Made by a program: the position numbers and the translations under genes. Shown here one piece after another: positions 12,301 to 26,800 of a stretch of DNA of 63,868 nucleotides. Source of the DNA: Acanthaster planci (Eukaryota); assembly GCF_001949145.1 (NCBI RefSeq), contig NW_019091359.1, forward strand, positions 2,890,861-2,954,728, read 5' to 3'. How positions within the stretch are numbered: the stretch's first letter is position 1; each line of letters opens with the position of its first letter. Below the pieces are notes generated by a model. It did no database searches and was not told where the DNA came from. It was given only the letters and a program-made list of their open reading frames with translations.

Positions 12301-14689
12301 TCATCAGTCTGGAGTATTACTATGTTTGGACAGCCTATTACATTACAATCTCGCACAATCTGACCAATCACAAGCCTTGTTCTAGCAGCTTGCAATGGGT
12401 TGCATGGGTGTTTCTAGGTTACAGGGTGCTTTTCTCACATTCTGCAGCATATGGAGCAAAAAAAATTTCAATTATAAAAATTTGGTTGGCTGTGCAAAAC
12501 AACCTGACTATAAACAAAAACTAGAAGTTCTAAAACAAGTTTGTACCAACGGGATTTAAAATTAGTCATTGCCAACTTGAGATATTCAAAATTGAATTTT
12601 GACAAAGATTGCTCTATCAGTAAAGGAAACGTCACTATGCCCATATATGGTAATACTCTAGACTGATAATGTTGGCTCTTGATCTAACCTTTTAGTATGT
12701 TAGTACAGGTTTCATGTAACTTTACAGGAATTTGTATTTTATTTTGTGACTGGATACTCTTTGGTTTAGAAGTTTTAAAGTGGTTAGATTTGAAATTTGT
12801 ATTGAAAACTGCAGAGGCTAGTTTATTGCATCATTGTAGTCAAATTTCCTGCTCTGAATCGAAATATTTTCTACTTTGGGTATCCACTGTGTATTGGAGC
12901 TCTCCAGTTGATACAAGGACATGTAGAATGATGCCCCCCACCCCTTTGAAAGGCAGTACACCCCTCCCCCATCTCATCTCACGTGACCTATTGTGCATTG
13001 CCACTCAAAGGGGTGTGGCTGATATTCTTGACTTCCGAAGATGTGCAGTATTGCCCTGTGAATGCCTGTTTTGAATTAAATAATCACAGAGAAAGATCTG
13101 CCCGTAGGAAACGAGACAACTTGATCATCTGAAAAATTTTACTGGGTCCCCGTTTTCAACATGCTGGCTTCAATCTTTCGGCTTAATCAGTTCAGATGTT
13201 AGCTGTAAAAGGCTGGCTGATTTTTAGAATTCTCTGTATCATTTATGAGAGGTAAGAGGAAATGTTGTGTGTGTTATTGTTTTCAAATAGTGATAATTTA
13301 TAGCTCCTGCTTTGTATGAGCAAATGGAGTGGACTGTGTACATTTTTGTTTTTTACTTTGTAATACATTTTCTTATCCCAAATAAGCATTTTTACTTGTC
13401 TGGTTTTAGCTTTGAGGTTGAGTCAAGTGTGTGGCTTAAAATAGGGAGTGGCATTTCATAAATTCATTCCCATATTTGACTAAAATCAAAAGATGCAGCA
13501 GGTGATTTCAAAATATAAAATCGTACAGCTATTTTTAAACTCAGTGTCATAACTTGAACATTTTAAATAGTAAAAAGCTTTCTGAAGATAATGTAGCAGT
13601 TCAGTTTAAGAAAAAAAAATGAGGTCAAATGTCCATAACTGTTAACTAGCACAATGGAAAAAGTTCAGGAATTTGTGGCTATGAGTATTTTTTAGGTTGT
13701 ATCAATATTACTTGGTTCTTGATGCTTGGTTTATTAAAAAATGCAGATCTGTTCACAGCTAGCTGAAGGATGATGTTGCTCATTATTTGGGCCATTTTAT
13801 TTGTGAATTTCAGCTGGTGCACCGTCTTGATTCAGTGTTGGTAAACATAATGGAATGCCTCCAAGAGTTTGCAACACGTTGGTCACAATCTGTCGACCCT
13901 TTCTAAATGCGCAATCGATCGACAGATTTTGTGCATTGTGATTGGCCAACATGTTGCAAACTCTTTGAGACGCACCATTGTGAAACACCTGTATTGCTTG
14001 TGCGTATACAGAACAGCATATCCGAATAGGGCACTATCCATGGTGGATGCAGGGCAACTTTGGAACATATTACCTTTTTGCTATTTAACTGAAAAAATCA
14101 AAAGTTTAGAAATTGTTCTGGCATCTTCTTTTGCAAGAGAGAGGTTTCTTGTAAGAATGAAATAATTTGGGCAATAATTTCAGAGTGTAATTCCAGATTC
14201 ATTCTGCCCCCAACCCAGTAACTCCAACCCGGTAACTGGGGCATTGTAGTTTTTTTTACAATGGCGTGACTTTGGTTAGTAGTACCAAGGTCAACAATTA
14301 AAAAAATTCAGCACCCCAGTAACTGGTTCTAGAAAGGCCAGTGATATAACACTCTTGCCTCCAAACTTAAGGTTGTGTTCAAAAGTTTTAAGGGAAGGTA
14401 CTGCCCAGTCAAAGGGGAAAATGTTTTGGTTTTTGAAAAAAAATGAGATTTGGGGGAGACTGGTTCAATTCCTTCCAGGTGCATGTTTAAAAAGCCCCCA
14501 AAGTTAAGCGTTTATTTCAAGGCCCTCCCGAAGAAATATTGCTCCAGGAAAAATTGGTTCTGGATCTGCCTTAAGTTTTACCAGGAAGTCACTCTTTGTA
14601 CATATTGTTCAAGCACTCAGATTTTTGTTGGGTTTTTTTTTTTGGGGGGGGGGGATTTTTATTTTGAGATAGCCTTAATTCAAAGGCAC

Positions 14690-15281
14690 GTGCACGACTA
14701 CGAATATCCTGACATGATCCTGGCATTGTGAACTTCGTGATGTTATGGTATCCATGTCATGGACTTTACGGAGAAAGGAGGAATTTTCTTCATGTTTACG
14801 CGAAGCGAAAGAAGAATTTTCCAGGACGAAAATTGAAAAGTGCCTTGGGATAATCATTGTAAGGGGCTAGTAGTTGCCTGTTTAACATTTGAAAAAATGT
14901 CAGGTCAGAAAATGACGATGGAGACGGTGGATCATCATCCCTAGTCACTTGGGAATTCGAGTGAGGGCGCTGTTCAAAGGCAAGAAGTATTACAAGGAGG
15001 TAAGTCCGAGTGCAGTGGCTGAGACTGTGTCTGAATTATTTGGCTGCGGCTTGGAATTACACAGAACTTCACCAAAGGTGGCTGCAGCCACGCTATCATA
15101 GACCGTGCGGCAGCCAAGCACAAGTCACGTACATACATATAGATGTACATGTATCTACACTGAGTTATCGGTTGTGTGGATATTTCTCGGTAGCTGTTGG
15201 ACGGGTTTCTGAAACTTTCTTCCCCAGGCAAGTTGGATCGACTGAGACTCGCTCGGTATTTGGATAAATGGCATGGTAAGT
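14690..15281 (+). promoter_or_regulatory. CpG-enriched putative promoter/non-coding first exon, possibly of the Roco-like gene
   Basis: Local CpG enrichment ending in a strong donor catg|gtaagt at 15275/15276; candidate acceptor ttgacag at 30874 upstream of ATG 31033; no coding exons recognised between. Confidence 0.4.
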
Positions 15282-16790
15282 ATTAGGAGTGTTTTAGCGA
15301 GTTTGTCGTGAATGCCTGGTCCTTGTTTCTTTTTTTTCACCCCCCAACTAATAATACAGCCCTCCGCTGCATGCAGCATGTCGTATCATCATACTTGTCC
15401 CCATTTGTCGCGGTAACTCTGTTATCCTGATCATCGCGGTAGGCCTATCACTATCAGAAATTTTGAATTTTGCGTTGCCAGTGAGTTCCCAATCGGCAAT
15501 ATTCGCCTAGTCAACCAATGAATTATAGCCTTAGGAAAAGTTTCATTTTAACAGAGAGAAAAATTCTGCATGTTTCTGTAAGTTTTGACAATTTTTATAA
15601 GATGTAATTTTTGCAGAATTTGTACATTCTCTTTGACCGTGTCCGTCATTACCTATCGTCTGTCTTTTAAACAGTTATTTCTAACGCCACCCTGCCCTTG
15701 GATATCCATTGCTAGGTTTCCATATGTCAATTTCGAAATGGCCAAAGGTGTCTACATTTAAAGGCACATTTTAACTGCAAAAATGCCCAGTTTTTTTCGG
15801 AATCAAAATAAGGGCTTCTGCGCTGAAAAACTTTACATTAGACATGTATCAATTGTACTTTTACCTTCTGTGCTCAGGGCAATTAGCGCGTAGGAGGCAA
15901 GTAGTGCAATTGTTCCCATCTTGTTCTCTCGGCGTCTGGCATCTTTAAGGAGGAGACTGGAAACATGGAGTCAATTACAAGTAAAATGGAACATTATCAC
16001 CAATTGAGGCTATTTGGTTCCTCTGAAAACACAATCATTCTTTTTATCTTTATTGATTCACAAAGAAAGTGCTTTATAGGCCATCGTAGAAACCATTTCT
16101 TGATACCGTGATAATAGAGACTCCACCTCTGCTTGGTTACGCTGGGCACATAGATTTCTTAAGCTATCATAGAGGAAAATAAACTGAATCACAAACACAA
16201 TCATATGAATCAAGTTAAAAAGTAAGAGTGAAACAGCAACAAAGATAGGATAATTCAGGAAGGTTAGCGAACAATCTTTATTTCGATCAGGAAATGTGAT
16301 AACTACCGCGATAATATAGTAACCCATCCTACATGATATTGATATGTGGCATACCCGGTAGATTAAGACTTCTTTGCTCACTATGATATGACACTGAGGA
16401 TGAGGAAATATTTACGAGACTAGTAATATCGTTTATGCATGTTATGTCATAGTATAACACAGCCACTATCTGACCGTAGTTGTTAATCATGTTAATAGAG
16501 CGTAATCATGAACATGAAGAATAGGCCTAGTTTGTGTCAGCATGGAGGTAGGAAAACCGTCATGGCAGTCGAGTGTACATGTACATGCATGATCATCTTG
16601 AGCATATGGAGTGTTGAATCATGCAAGGAGGGTTGACATGCATGACATGGTTGAGTTTCTTGTCACACCCAGAACTGTGGAGTCCGAACAACCACCCCCC
16701 TTGTGGGAGCAGAGAGGACGTCAGACCCCACAGTTCTAGGGGTAAACTAGCCTAAATAATTGTGGCCTCTGAGCTACTGATTGTCAAACT

Positions 16791-17201
16791 TGGTGGTGGT
16801 GATGGTGGTGATGATGGTGGTGATGGTGATGATGATGGTGATGATGATGGTGATGATGATGGTGGTGGTGGTGGTGATGGTGGTGATGATGATGATGGTG
16901 GTGGTGATGATGGGTGGTGATGATGATGGTGGTGGTGGTGATGATGATGATGATGATGGTGGNNNNNNNNNNNNNNNNNNNNNNNNNNNNNNNNNNNNNN
17001 NNNNNNNNNNNNNNNNNNNNNNNNNNNNNNNNNNNNNNNNNNNNNNNNNNNNNNNNNNNNNNNNNNNNNNNNNNNNNNNNNNNNNNNNNNNNNNNGTGAT
17101 GATGATGGTGGTGATGGTGGTGATGATGGTGTTGGTGGTGATGATGGTGGTGATGGTGGTGAAGATGATGGTGGTGATGGTGATGATGGTGACGGTGGTG
17201 G
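16791..17201. repeat. (GGT/GAT)n compound trinucleotide microsatellite spanning an assembly gap
   Basis: Visible on both sides of the N run 16963-17095. Confidence 0.97.
16963..17095. other. Assembly gap
   Basis: N run. Confidence 1.
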
Positions 17202-17728
17202 TTCAACTATATAACTATATAGAATTAGTAATACAAAAATGACTACCTACATGTAATATTGTATCCACAAATCCTTTATGTGCCTGCTTACTCCAGTACA
17301 ACTAGTTTAAACTTGAGTCTGTTACTCTTAAATGTCTCCAAAAATATTTAAATAACAAACTAGTCAAAAGGAGCAAATAAATGAGCTATATGTACATTCA
17401 TTTACATGTACATATACATGTACACGTACATGTATGTGCGCAGCGCCTTCATCGGTAAAGAGGCAAAATCTAAAGACTAAAGATTTCTACTGACTTTGCT
17501 GAGCTGGCAAGGTTTTCACAAATTAATGGCAAAAGAGTGACGTTTTTGTCAGAAATTCAGTGCGCAACACAGCATAGAAATGGCGGAACCGAATTAGGTG
17601 AGCCCTGAAGCAGCACCTTTTGGGAACAAAACACTAGTCACTGCACTTGCAAAAATAAAAAAATACTGAACGATATTCTTGCCGCTACATTAGCTATTAA
17701 ATTCACATTTGTGGACATTCACATTTGT

Positions 17729-17845
17729 GGTGGCATGGCCGAGTGGTTAAGGCACTTGACTTTTGCACTGGCCCTTGGTAACACAATATGCCCATGTTCT
17801 AGACCCGCCACTGGCAGATTTGAGTTTCGTGTCTTTTTTTTTTCT
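17729..17845 (+). mobile_element. tRNA-derived SINE head or tRNA pseudogene remnant
   Basis: A box TGGCCGAGTGGTTAAGGC, degenerate B box GTTCTAGACCC, downstream T run. Confidence 0.55.
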
Positions 17846-17988
17846 ACCGTTAAAAGTCTAAAACCATCCTTTCATTTTTCAAAATGAATCCTCCTGGGTA
17901 CATTACGTACACCGCATATTGTGCAGTGAGCCATTGGGATTTTCTCTTGCACCATAGAACTTTACAAGTTGTTTCCATCTTGGTATAC

Positions 17989-18048
17989 GTAGGCAGGATA
18001 TCTCTACATGTAGGCAGGATATCTCTACACGTAGGCAGGATATCTCTA
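17989..18048. repeat. 21-bp tandem repeat, ~3 copies
   Basis: gtaggcaggatatctctaca(t/c) at 17989, 18010, 18031. Confidence 0.9.
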
Positions 18049-20630
18049 TAGGTACATGCCGCAAAATGAAATTGTGGATTAAGACCTCATACATTGGTGC
18101 ATTTGCTAGTGACGAAAATAGCCCTCACAGTTACATGTATGTCACACTCTACCGGTACATGTACATGTGTGATGTCAGACTTTGTAACCACAAAATGCAC
18201 AAATTTCAACTTCCTAAACTTTCATTTGCTGTCCAATCTTGTGTTGGAAATATCCAAAGTCAGCTGCTATCAGTGTTTTATTACTTCCTACAACTAAGGC
18301 TGCAAAATATTTAACCTTGATATCCAACAATAGTTATGGTTTTCTGCATGGGCACCAGTATACATGTATGTTACTGCAATGGGTACTTTGGTTGTTATGG
18401 GTATGCATTTGTAGTTCTTCTGCCCGTGCATAAGAGCAAAGCTAACATAGTAAATGCCATGTTACCAACTCTCGGCCCATCAAGATACAGAATCTGTAAA
18501 TTTATGCGTGAGTTGTTACATGTTTAACAAAAAGGAGATGAGTTTTCCTTTTGTTTCTCCCACCAGCAGTACCCGGTACGCCACCTCTGCCAGGCTCTGG
18601 GTAGTTTGTCTCTCACTTTTTGTCCTTGGATAAAAGTATACCTGGCGTAGGCTTTGCAAAAGATATACCCATAAGCTTTGCAAATTTGCAGCATCAACAT
18701 GTTGACACGTGATGTTGATGATGCATGTGTGGTTATTCAGGAAGGGATAACGGAACCAGTGTGGATGTACCCGTATGTGTGCCTCACATCGATATATACC
18801 GGGTACATGTACCGATATGATTGTGTCATTCCTGCAGGGAAAAAAGGTGATTACTGGAAACCTGTCCTGCCTTTGTTTTGTTTGTTAGGTCTGGCTTTTC
18901 TGATATTTGTTGTTGTTTTGTCTTCTTTCTGAAATGACAAGCAGTAAACAAAACAAAGTTGTACAGCAGTTTTCAATAATCGCAATACATGTGGCCTTGC
19001 ACACATTCATATTTCTGTCTTTCACACTGGGACAACAAATATCATATTCCATGGCATATGTCTAAATACATGTTACAATTGATATTGTGAGTATATTTTT
19101 TGTGTAAAAAAATTAATATTTTTAATGTGCATTTTTAGCACGAGAGCCGTTACAATTTCTATTATACGCAAGTACCAGTAGCAATAAAAATGAATTGAAT
19201 TGAGATCATGTTAATTCTGTACGCAGAGTTAAATGCCACTGGTACCTGGTAATTTTCCCTGCTTCATGTCCTGGGCAATCTATCCGTAAAACTGACATGA
19301 ATGATGAACCTTTTGGTATCTTCCACCATGCATGGTGCATCCTGCCATGTACTGAACAAACACTGTACCATTACATGATGTGCATGTACTGTACATGTAG
19401 GTAGGGTAGGGGGCTTTTCACACCTAGCTGAGTATTTTTTCATTGCCTGAGGGAGTCGGGGGTGGAATGTTTTCAGTGAAGTTTGAACTGAAATAACCAC
19501 AGGGAAAAAAATCAGGGATTATTTGAAGCCGGATCTAGAGGTTCGTGTACAGCATGCATTTTTCCCCTCTTTTTTTTCTTTTGATTTCTATTCTGTGCTT
19601 GAGTTGTTCAGACTCAAAAGAGATTCCAGGCTTACAATAGAAGTACATTATACATGTGCTGGTACATGTACGTGTATTCATGTATTGTAAGCATCATTGT
19701 TAACATTCCTACCACACAGTATGCATTGCTAACCCAATTCCAGTATTTGGTGGTTCACATGCACAGTGCTTTGTACCGTACATGTACACGTATGTACATG
19801 TATTTCACTTAGGGAAATAATGTACATGTACATGTACACATGTAGCACTGGTACATGTACGTACATGTACATTTACATATATTACGTACGGTACATGTAC
19901 AGTGTGTAAATGTTCATGTACTGTAGATGTTAAGTTCCTAGTGGCTGGACTCTACACTTCTGGTTCAATGAAAATACGGCAAAATCCAGAAGTGTGAGAT
20001 ACCATATTTTAATAAAAAACTCAGGATGTTATTGGTATACATGTTGGTTACAGCATGATCCACTTATTTAGTGCATATAAGGTTATATTGATTTCATCTA
20101 TATTCAAAACTTTCTCATTTCTAGTATGTTACAGTTTCATAGCTGCTTTGAAGAAGTGACTTCAGATTTTTATTTTGTTTCCCCCTTTTGTCTTTCTGCA
20201 TTACATGTACCCCCATAGGGAGGCACATGTATGTACATGTACCTGCAAACATTTTCAAAAAGTACAAGTACAGCCTGTTTTAAATTCACTTCTTAACATT
20301 GTTTGTACAAATTTGTACAGCAAAGCCTGCTGAAAGGAATTAATTTTTTGTGTGTGTTATAGTTACGATGTCCAAACTGCTCCAACCAGGATGTTGTTTC
20401 CATATGTGAGCCCATTCTCAGAACAGCCACTGTCGACAAGAGATTAAGAATGTGTGAGGTAGACTTGTAGTACCCTATACAAGTATTGTGTGCATTATTA
20501 GCAAGCACTGACGGTTACCAGTTGTACTGGTCTGTATTACCATTAGTGCAAGTACATTACTTGCCAAAAAAGCAGAAAAGAACAACAAAAAACCTAAGTA
20601 AAACATTCTGGTGGGTTGGCGCTAGCTATT

Positions 20631-21249
20631 NNNNNNNNNNNNNNNNNNNNNNNNNNNNNNNNNNNNNNNNNNNNNNNNNNNNNNNNNNNNNNNNNNNNNN
20701 NNNNNNNNNNNNNNNNNNNNNNNNNNNNNNNNNNNNNNNNNNNNNNNNNNNNNNNNNNNNNNNNNNNNNNNNNNNNNNNNNNNNNNNNNNNNNNNNNNNN
20801 NNNNNNNNNNNNNNNNNNNNNNNNNNNNNNNNNNNNNNNNNNNNNNNNNNNNNNNNNNNNNNNNNNNNNNNNNNNNNNNNNNNNNNNNNNNNNNNNNNNN
20901 NNNNNNNNNNNNNNNNNNNNNNNNNNNNNNNNNNNNNNNNNNNNNNNNNNNNNNNNNNNNNNNNNNNNNNNNNNNNNNNNNNNNNNNNNNNNNNNNNNNN
21001 NNNNNNNNNNNNNNNNNNNNNNNNNNNNNNNNNNNNNNNNNNNNNNNNNNNNNNNNNNNNNNNNNNNNNNNNNNNNNNNNNNNNNNNNNNNNNNNNNNNN
21101 NNNNNNNNNNNNNNNNNNNNNNNNNNNNNNNNNNNNNNNNNNNNNNNNNNNNNNNNNNNNNNNNNNNNNNNNNNNNNNNNNNNNNNNNNNNNNNNNNNNN
21201 NNNNNNNNNNNNNNNNNNNNNNNNNNNNNNNNNNNNNNNNNNNNNNNNN
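20631..21249. other. Assembly gap
   Basis: N run. Confidence 1.
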
Positions 21250-23773
21250 TAGTGTATTACATCTACGTTGCTGGATTTGGTTCATACCTGTAAATGTTTC
21301 AAGTATTTCTGAGTCATCAAGACCTAAATTTAATTTGACCTTTGTGGTACATGTAAATTTGGTGCCAGGCAGAGCCCATGCCTCGACGGTGAAACTTTTT
21401 TAATATGGTGTCATATTTTGGTCTAAGCCCCCACTCCCAATAAAACCTTTATGATGTTAAAGGGACATCTATATTCATGTTCATCTTGTACGGTACATAA
21501 AGGTACATGTACCTTGCATTAGGTTTACCCTGAATTCTGCAATCGGGGATATCACATTTAGTTGGAGTGCAATGTAATAAAGCCATGAGGAAGCAGGCTG
21601 CAAGTAAACCATGAACTGTGTTTATATTTATACAATAGTGGATCCCAATCCTGCTTAGACCCACCTTTAAAACAGAAACAAGGTTTCTGAGTATGTACTA
21701 TCACTGTACTTGCAGTCATTTTTGCTTACCACATAATTTTGAAATAGCCCAATTGCTAATCATTGCTTCTTTCACCCTCATTTCCTTCTTTTCAACTCTG
21801 TGCAGCCACTACGTATGTCCTTCAACCTATAATTATCACTCCATCACTCCAAAGCTGACCATGACAAACTTTTGGGAGTGCTTTTTGCACTTTCAGACTT
21901 TTACAAACTGTGAACTAAATTTTATAAGAAACAGAGACCCAACTACCATAGCTGAACAGAAAGACATACCAGTAACTGTGCATGTAACCTGTTGCATTAT
22001 TTTTTGGAAGTTTCTGAATTGTTAAGATGGTATTGCCATGCAGGCGCATGAGAATTAAAAGGGTGGCATGGTGTGGTTGTGGATGGTGTGCAGGGTACCA
22101 ACGTACATTTGTATTGCGCACTTTACTGCGTAGGGACCAGTGCACCGCTTTTGGACATCTCCGCACCTCTGCGACACGCAAGTTGGATTTGGTTGCGTTA
22201 AATTGTGAGGTCTGTCCAGCAATTGCATTTGCATGACATTGCGGGATCAGATCCATGCATGATGAGACCCGGATCTGATCCTTCCTGAAAAGAAGGTTCA
22301 AGAGAGGATCACCTCATGTTTAGATTTACTTGTTACCTTGTTAACCTTTTTGCTTTGATCCTGCTTGCAGGATCATATTTCCCTTAGACTCCACCCCACC
22401 TCCCCCACCTTGCATAATTCAGCGTAAATGTGGTGCATATACATGTACAAAACTTTCAAAACAAAACACTTTGTAGAAGGGTCACTTGATCCCCTACTGC
22501 ATTATTTTGCTCACCAATCAGTGGAACTTGGAAGGCTGTGTTCATTTTATTCTCCAGCACTAGGAGTCCAATTGTTCACTTTTGTGACCCTAATGTTCAT
22601 GTTCCTGGGACCTAGTAGCGCTGGTAGACCAAAGGGATTTCCCCTTGTATTGTCCTAGCACCTGCAGTTAAAGATAAAGGGATTTTTGCCCTATTGAATT
22701 AATGTACTGTACAATAGTCCCACCCACACTCATGGATGCACACTATATGTCCATATGTACATGTATCATTGTGTTGGTGTGTGCGTTTAAAATCAAGGGG
22801 GCCTTTGGGTTTTTCACAGTATAAAGATAAGTTTAAGTTCAGATGCCATTTTTAAGCAAGTGTAAACAGACAAGTAACTACTAAAGCTTATTCAAGATAA
22901 AGAGCAAAGATCATGAACATGTAAGCAGTGTAAAACTTTTCCATCTTTGTTAAATGCTTGAGGAAAAATCCTGTTCTTTTTATGGCTCCATGTGATGGTA
23001 ATACATCAATGACATTTGTTTCTTTTTTTGTACCAAACATTTTGTCCGACTCAGTTTGTTGACCCGTGTTTGGATGCAGTTTGTGGGCGTAAACACCAAA
23101 GTGCACACCTTTGTTCCTTCTGTCAGATTCTTTCAGATTGTGAGGGGCCAGTGGGGTAAAACTAAAACGAAAGTGAAACAGACGTACACACTCACAAAAT
23201 GGTTGAGGGTTGGTGGTGAAATTCAGACAAAAGCCCATGAAATCATTTGTCCCTTGACCCTAACATTCCCAGATCCCTCAATATCTACATGTCCCCAGAG
23301 TTTTGGAAGGATTTTGTACGATTGAAAAAGACCAGTAGAGGACATTAACAACCCAGACCCTGTCACTTGTAGGCACTGAAGAACCTTGATGAGGGAGTTT
23401 GGCTTTGTCATACCATTATAATGCAATTTACACGAAGTTTCAACATCTTTGACTGTATCAAGTGACTGTCTACGTGCTGGATTGTGATTTTGGTGCATGG
23501 TCAAATGTAATTGTATAGTCTTTGCTGTGGTTTTCCTTTGTCATGGTCTTTCCTTTACTGCTTTCCTTTCCTGTGTATCATATTTGAACCACAAACTACA
23601 TTGTATCATGCCCCAGTATGACGCATATACCAATGTATATGGTCCAACCATGAGGACTACCTACGTTGTACAGCCCAGTGTGCTTACCTTGCAGTTGGAT
23701 TTCTTTTCCTGGAGACACTGCTCATCTCAATCTTTCTAATATAAGAGCTGAGTTAAGGGCCCAATTAATGTCA

Positions 23774-23830
23774 CATCCCTGCTAAGCACACAATTTTACA
23801 CCATCCCTGCTAAGCACACAATTTTACACC
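23774..23830. repeat. 28-bp tandem duplication
   Basis: catccctgctaagcacacaattttacac twice. Confidence 0.9.
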
Positions 23831-26800
23831 AATGGAGACTCTCATGGAGAGCTTTGAGTAGTAAGCAGGGTAAAAGGCATGCACAGAGAATTTAACTCAG
23901 TAACATAAAAGGAAATCTCTATGCATGTGCACTGCAGCTTACGGTTAGCAAGTTTTTCGGCTATAGTTAGCACAATTTTTCTGCTGTGTATGTACATGTA
24001 GCAGGTGGAGTTTGGCCCAGATCTTCTAGATGGTTTTTGTATTGTTTGTATGAAGTGACTGATTAAGTCACCAAGTGATTTAAACAGTACACTCACTGAG
24101 CAAGGCAAATTGGCTGGACACCTGTGACAGGAAGTTTACTGAAGTTTTAGCTTGTAATTCAGATTCTGTGCAGTAGGGGCGTAAATTGTGAGCCTGATAA
24201 CACTCTTTGCAACATCAGCTCTAATTTGATCCTATCGCCACAAATGTATTTACACTGTACTTGTTTACATGTATAGTGAATCATATTTATGTACATAAAC
24301 CACCTACAGTTCTTCTTTATTTCCAGGTACATTTGTAAATTTATGTCTGCATTGTATTCACTTTTTGGAAAATGTCAATTTATAATTTATAAGTGCACAG
24401 TGCAGTCCTGAAGAAAGTTATGTTTCCCTAACTCAACTCGTCTAAAAAATCAGAACGCCTCCTGTTGATTTTTTTTTAGCCTTACTATTTCCATTTTATA
24501 AACAAACAAAATGTACTTTCCTGTTGTGGTACCGGTACATACAAAACTCTGAGAGTGTGGAGCACTGGGCATTGGCCCTCACTGCCGTTATGGGGTAGCT
24601 TTCCTCCATCAGGCTAATCAGGACTGAGTTGTGGGGACAGATCCCAGTCCTCACAATGTTTTGGTCCCCACCAAATTGATGTAATGACAAGTGTGTGTCG
24701 CCACACTTTGGGAGAAGGTGTACATGATCCATGAAGGTATACATGTGCATGGTTTGATGAGCTAACCAATATTATTTACCACTGAGAATTTCTGTTGTAA
24801 ACTGAATGGCTTATAGTTGATTTTCAGTGTAATAACTACAGGTATGGCTTTATTTGAAGTACCGGGGTACTTGTTCTTTTTGTATCTGTTGTACAAGTAC
24901 CTACCGGTGTATCTCAATGATTTGAGAGAAAGAAGCCCCTGTAGACACAAAAACCATTCTAGTAGACAAACCAACCGACTGACCCACCTGATTTTTGTGC
25001 ATATGACGGTAACACAACTTTTTTTTTCTTGATCCGCTTGCTATGCATCACAGATATTGACCCAGCTAGGGTCTGTTTGCCTACGTTGTCATTTGGCTGA
25101 TCCTGTTTGGCATGCTGCCAACAACTGGAAAAGTCACGGCAACCAAACCTTGGGTGTTGTGAAACTGTGAAGCGTGTACACATGTACATGTACATGTACA
25201 TGTACATGTATGTGTACTAGTTCATGTACATGCATGGCACAGTGGTCTCCATATTCTGAATTTTACAGGTAAGGGTTAGAAACTTAGTTGAGACTGATAA
25301 GAATATTGAATGGAGGACAGGGGTAGCACGAGGTTCAGGGTCCACTCTATAAGCCCCACACCCTAATTTAGGCCTTTTGCATTTCTAGGCACATCAAAGA
25401 TACATCCAGATCCTTTGTGGGAAAAATAGGGATCTTTTACATGTACATGTATGAACTGTACATGTATACACATTCATAGACAGCTTTTTAATCAAGATAA
25501 TGTTTAAGATGAAACATTACAGAATGGAAATTTATGTAGTGTACATTATACCAGCCACAAATGTAAACTTGATGAATTTTGTTTCGTCCGTGTTATTGTT
25601 GATTTGCGTCTCCAGTGTCTTAGGGTGCCGTCCATGTACATGAATATTGTACAACACTCTATGGGCACACCCTTGGGTGAGAACAGAGGTCATGTGGGTA
25701 TGCCTTGACCCATTCACATTACTGGCTGTCAGCACGGGACTTTTCTGCGATGGGAATACTAACAGTGTACTGTAATTCCTCCGGAATCCGGGTTTTCCCT
25801 TTAAAAACACCGCTGGAGGAAGGTTAAACTAACAACTGAGGACATTTACCTTCTGTTGGACAATGAGTGCAATATCTGAAAGTTTTACCCCATAAAAAGT
25901 CTAATGCAAACATGGATAGACATCACGATTGTGGTTTGGCAATAAGTACTATCTCCACCCTAACTTTAGAAAGGACCCCAGAATCTGATGATTTTTTTTT
26001 TCAAGCAACAAAGCAAAATGCAGACCTATGTAATACCCATTTTGTCCGTCTATCTCAGCAACCATCCGGCTGGCTGGCCGGCTGCTTTTCAAATTACAGT
26101 GTTTTTACTATCAACTTCAAATTTTATTGTGGGTATTTGTTTTTTTGTGTCATTATTATTTGCTTAATTCTGATATTTGATCAATATCAGAACTTTGTGT
26201 ATGAGTACCATAATGATTCATGCCTTGAAGTGTATTTTACACAATATTTAATGAAGACATTGAACAAAAGCTTTCAACTGCATTATACTTTGCAGTTTAC
26301 TTGTACTATAGGCCTACACATACTTTACTTATAGTTATACCGGTAGGCCTTCTTTACTAGAATTTAAAGACGCATCCCGACCCTTTGGTCGGGATTTGGT
26401 GGGAAAGGGTGGGATACATGTACTTGTAGGCTGGTGTGAAGTAGGGGGGGTCTTGGTTGGGATTATCATCAGGGATATGGTGGGGTTGAATGGGAATTAA
26501 GATGATGTGGAAATTTATTAGTGTGGGATGGGGATTTTTTTTGTGAAAATGAGATTGAAGAGCCACTTTGGAGTAAAAAGTCCTTTAGAATAATTTTGCA
26601 CAGTGTACATCAATAGGAACCCACAGCATTTTTCACCATGGAGTATCCACTTTCATCAGGATGCCAAACTGAGTGATACATCAAAACAAAAACTCAGTTT
26701 GCTCTTTCCAATACAAATGAAAACTCAAAAAGTTGCTCTGGCGACTTTAGACTCATTTTCACAGAGTGGGTCACATATTGGAACGGATGGGGTTAAGTGA

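Noticed and set aside
12934..13019. Hairpin cccctttga...tcaaagggg as a pre-miRNA
   Set aside because: Imperfect stem with a large loop; more likely a small decayed MITE, like the inverted repeat at 9783-9898.
16781..17242. Poly-His and poly-Met/Val ORFs
   Set aside because: Translations of a (GGT/GAT)n microsatellite across an N gap.
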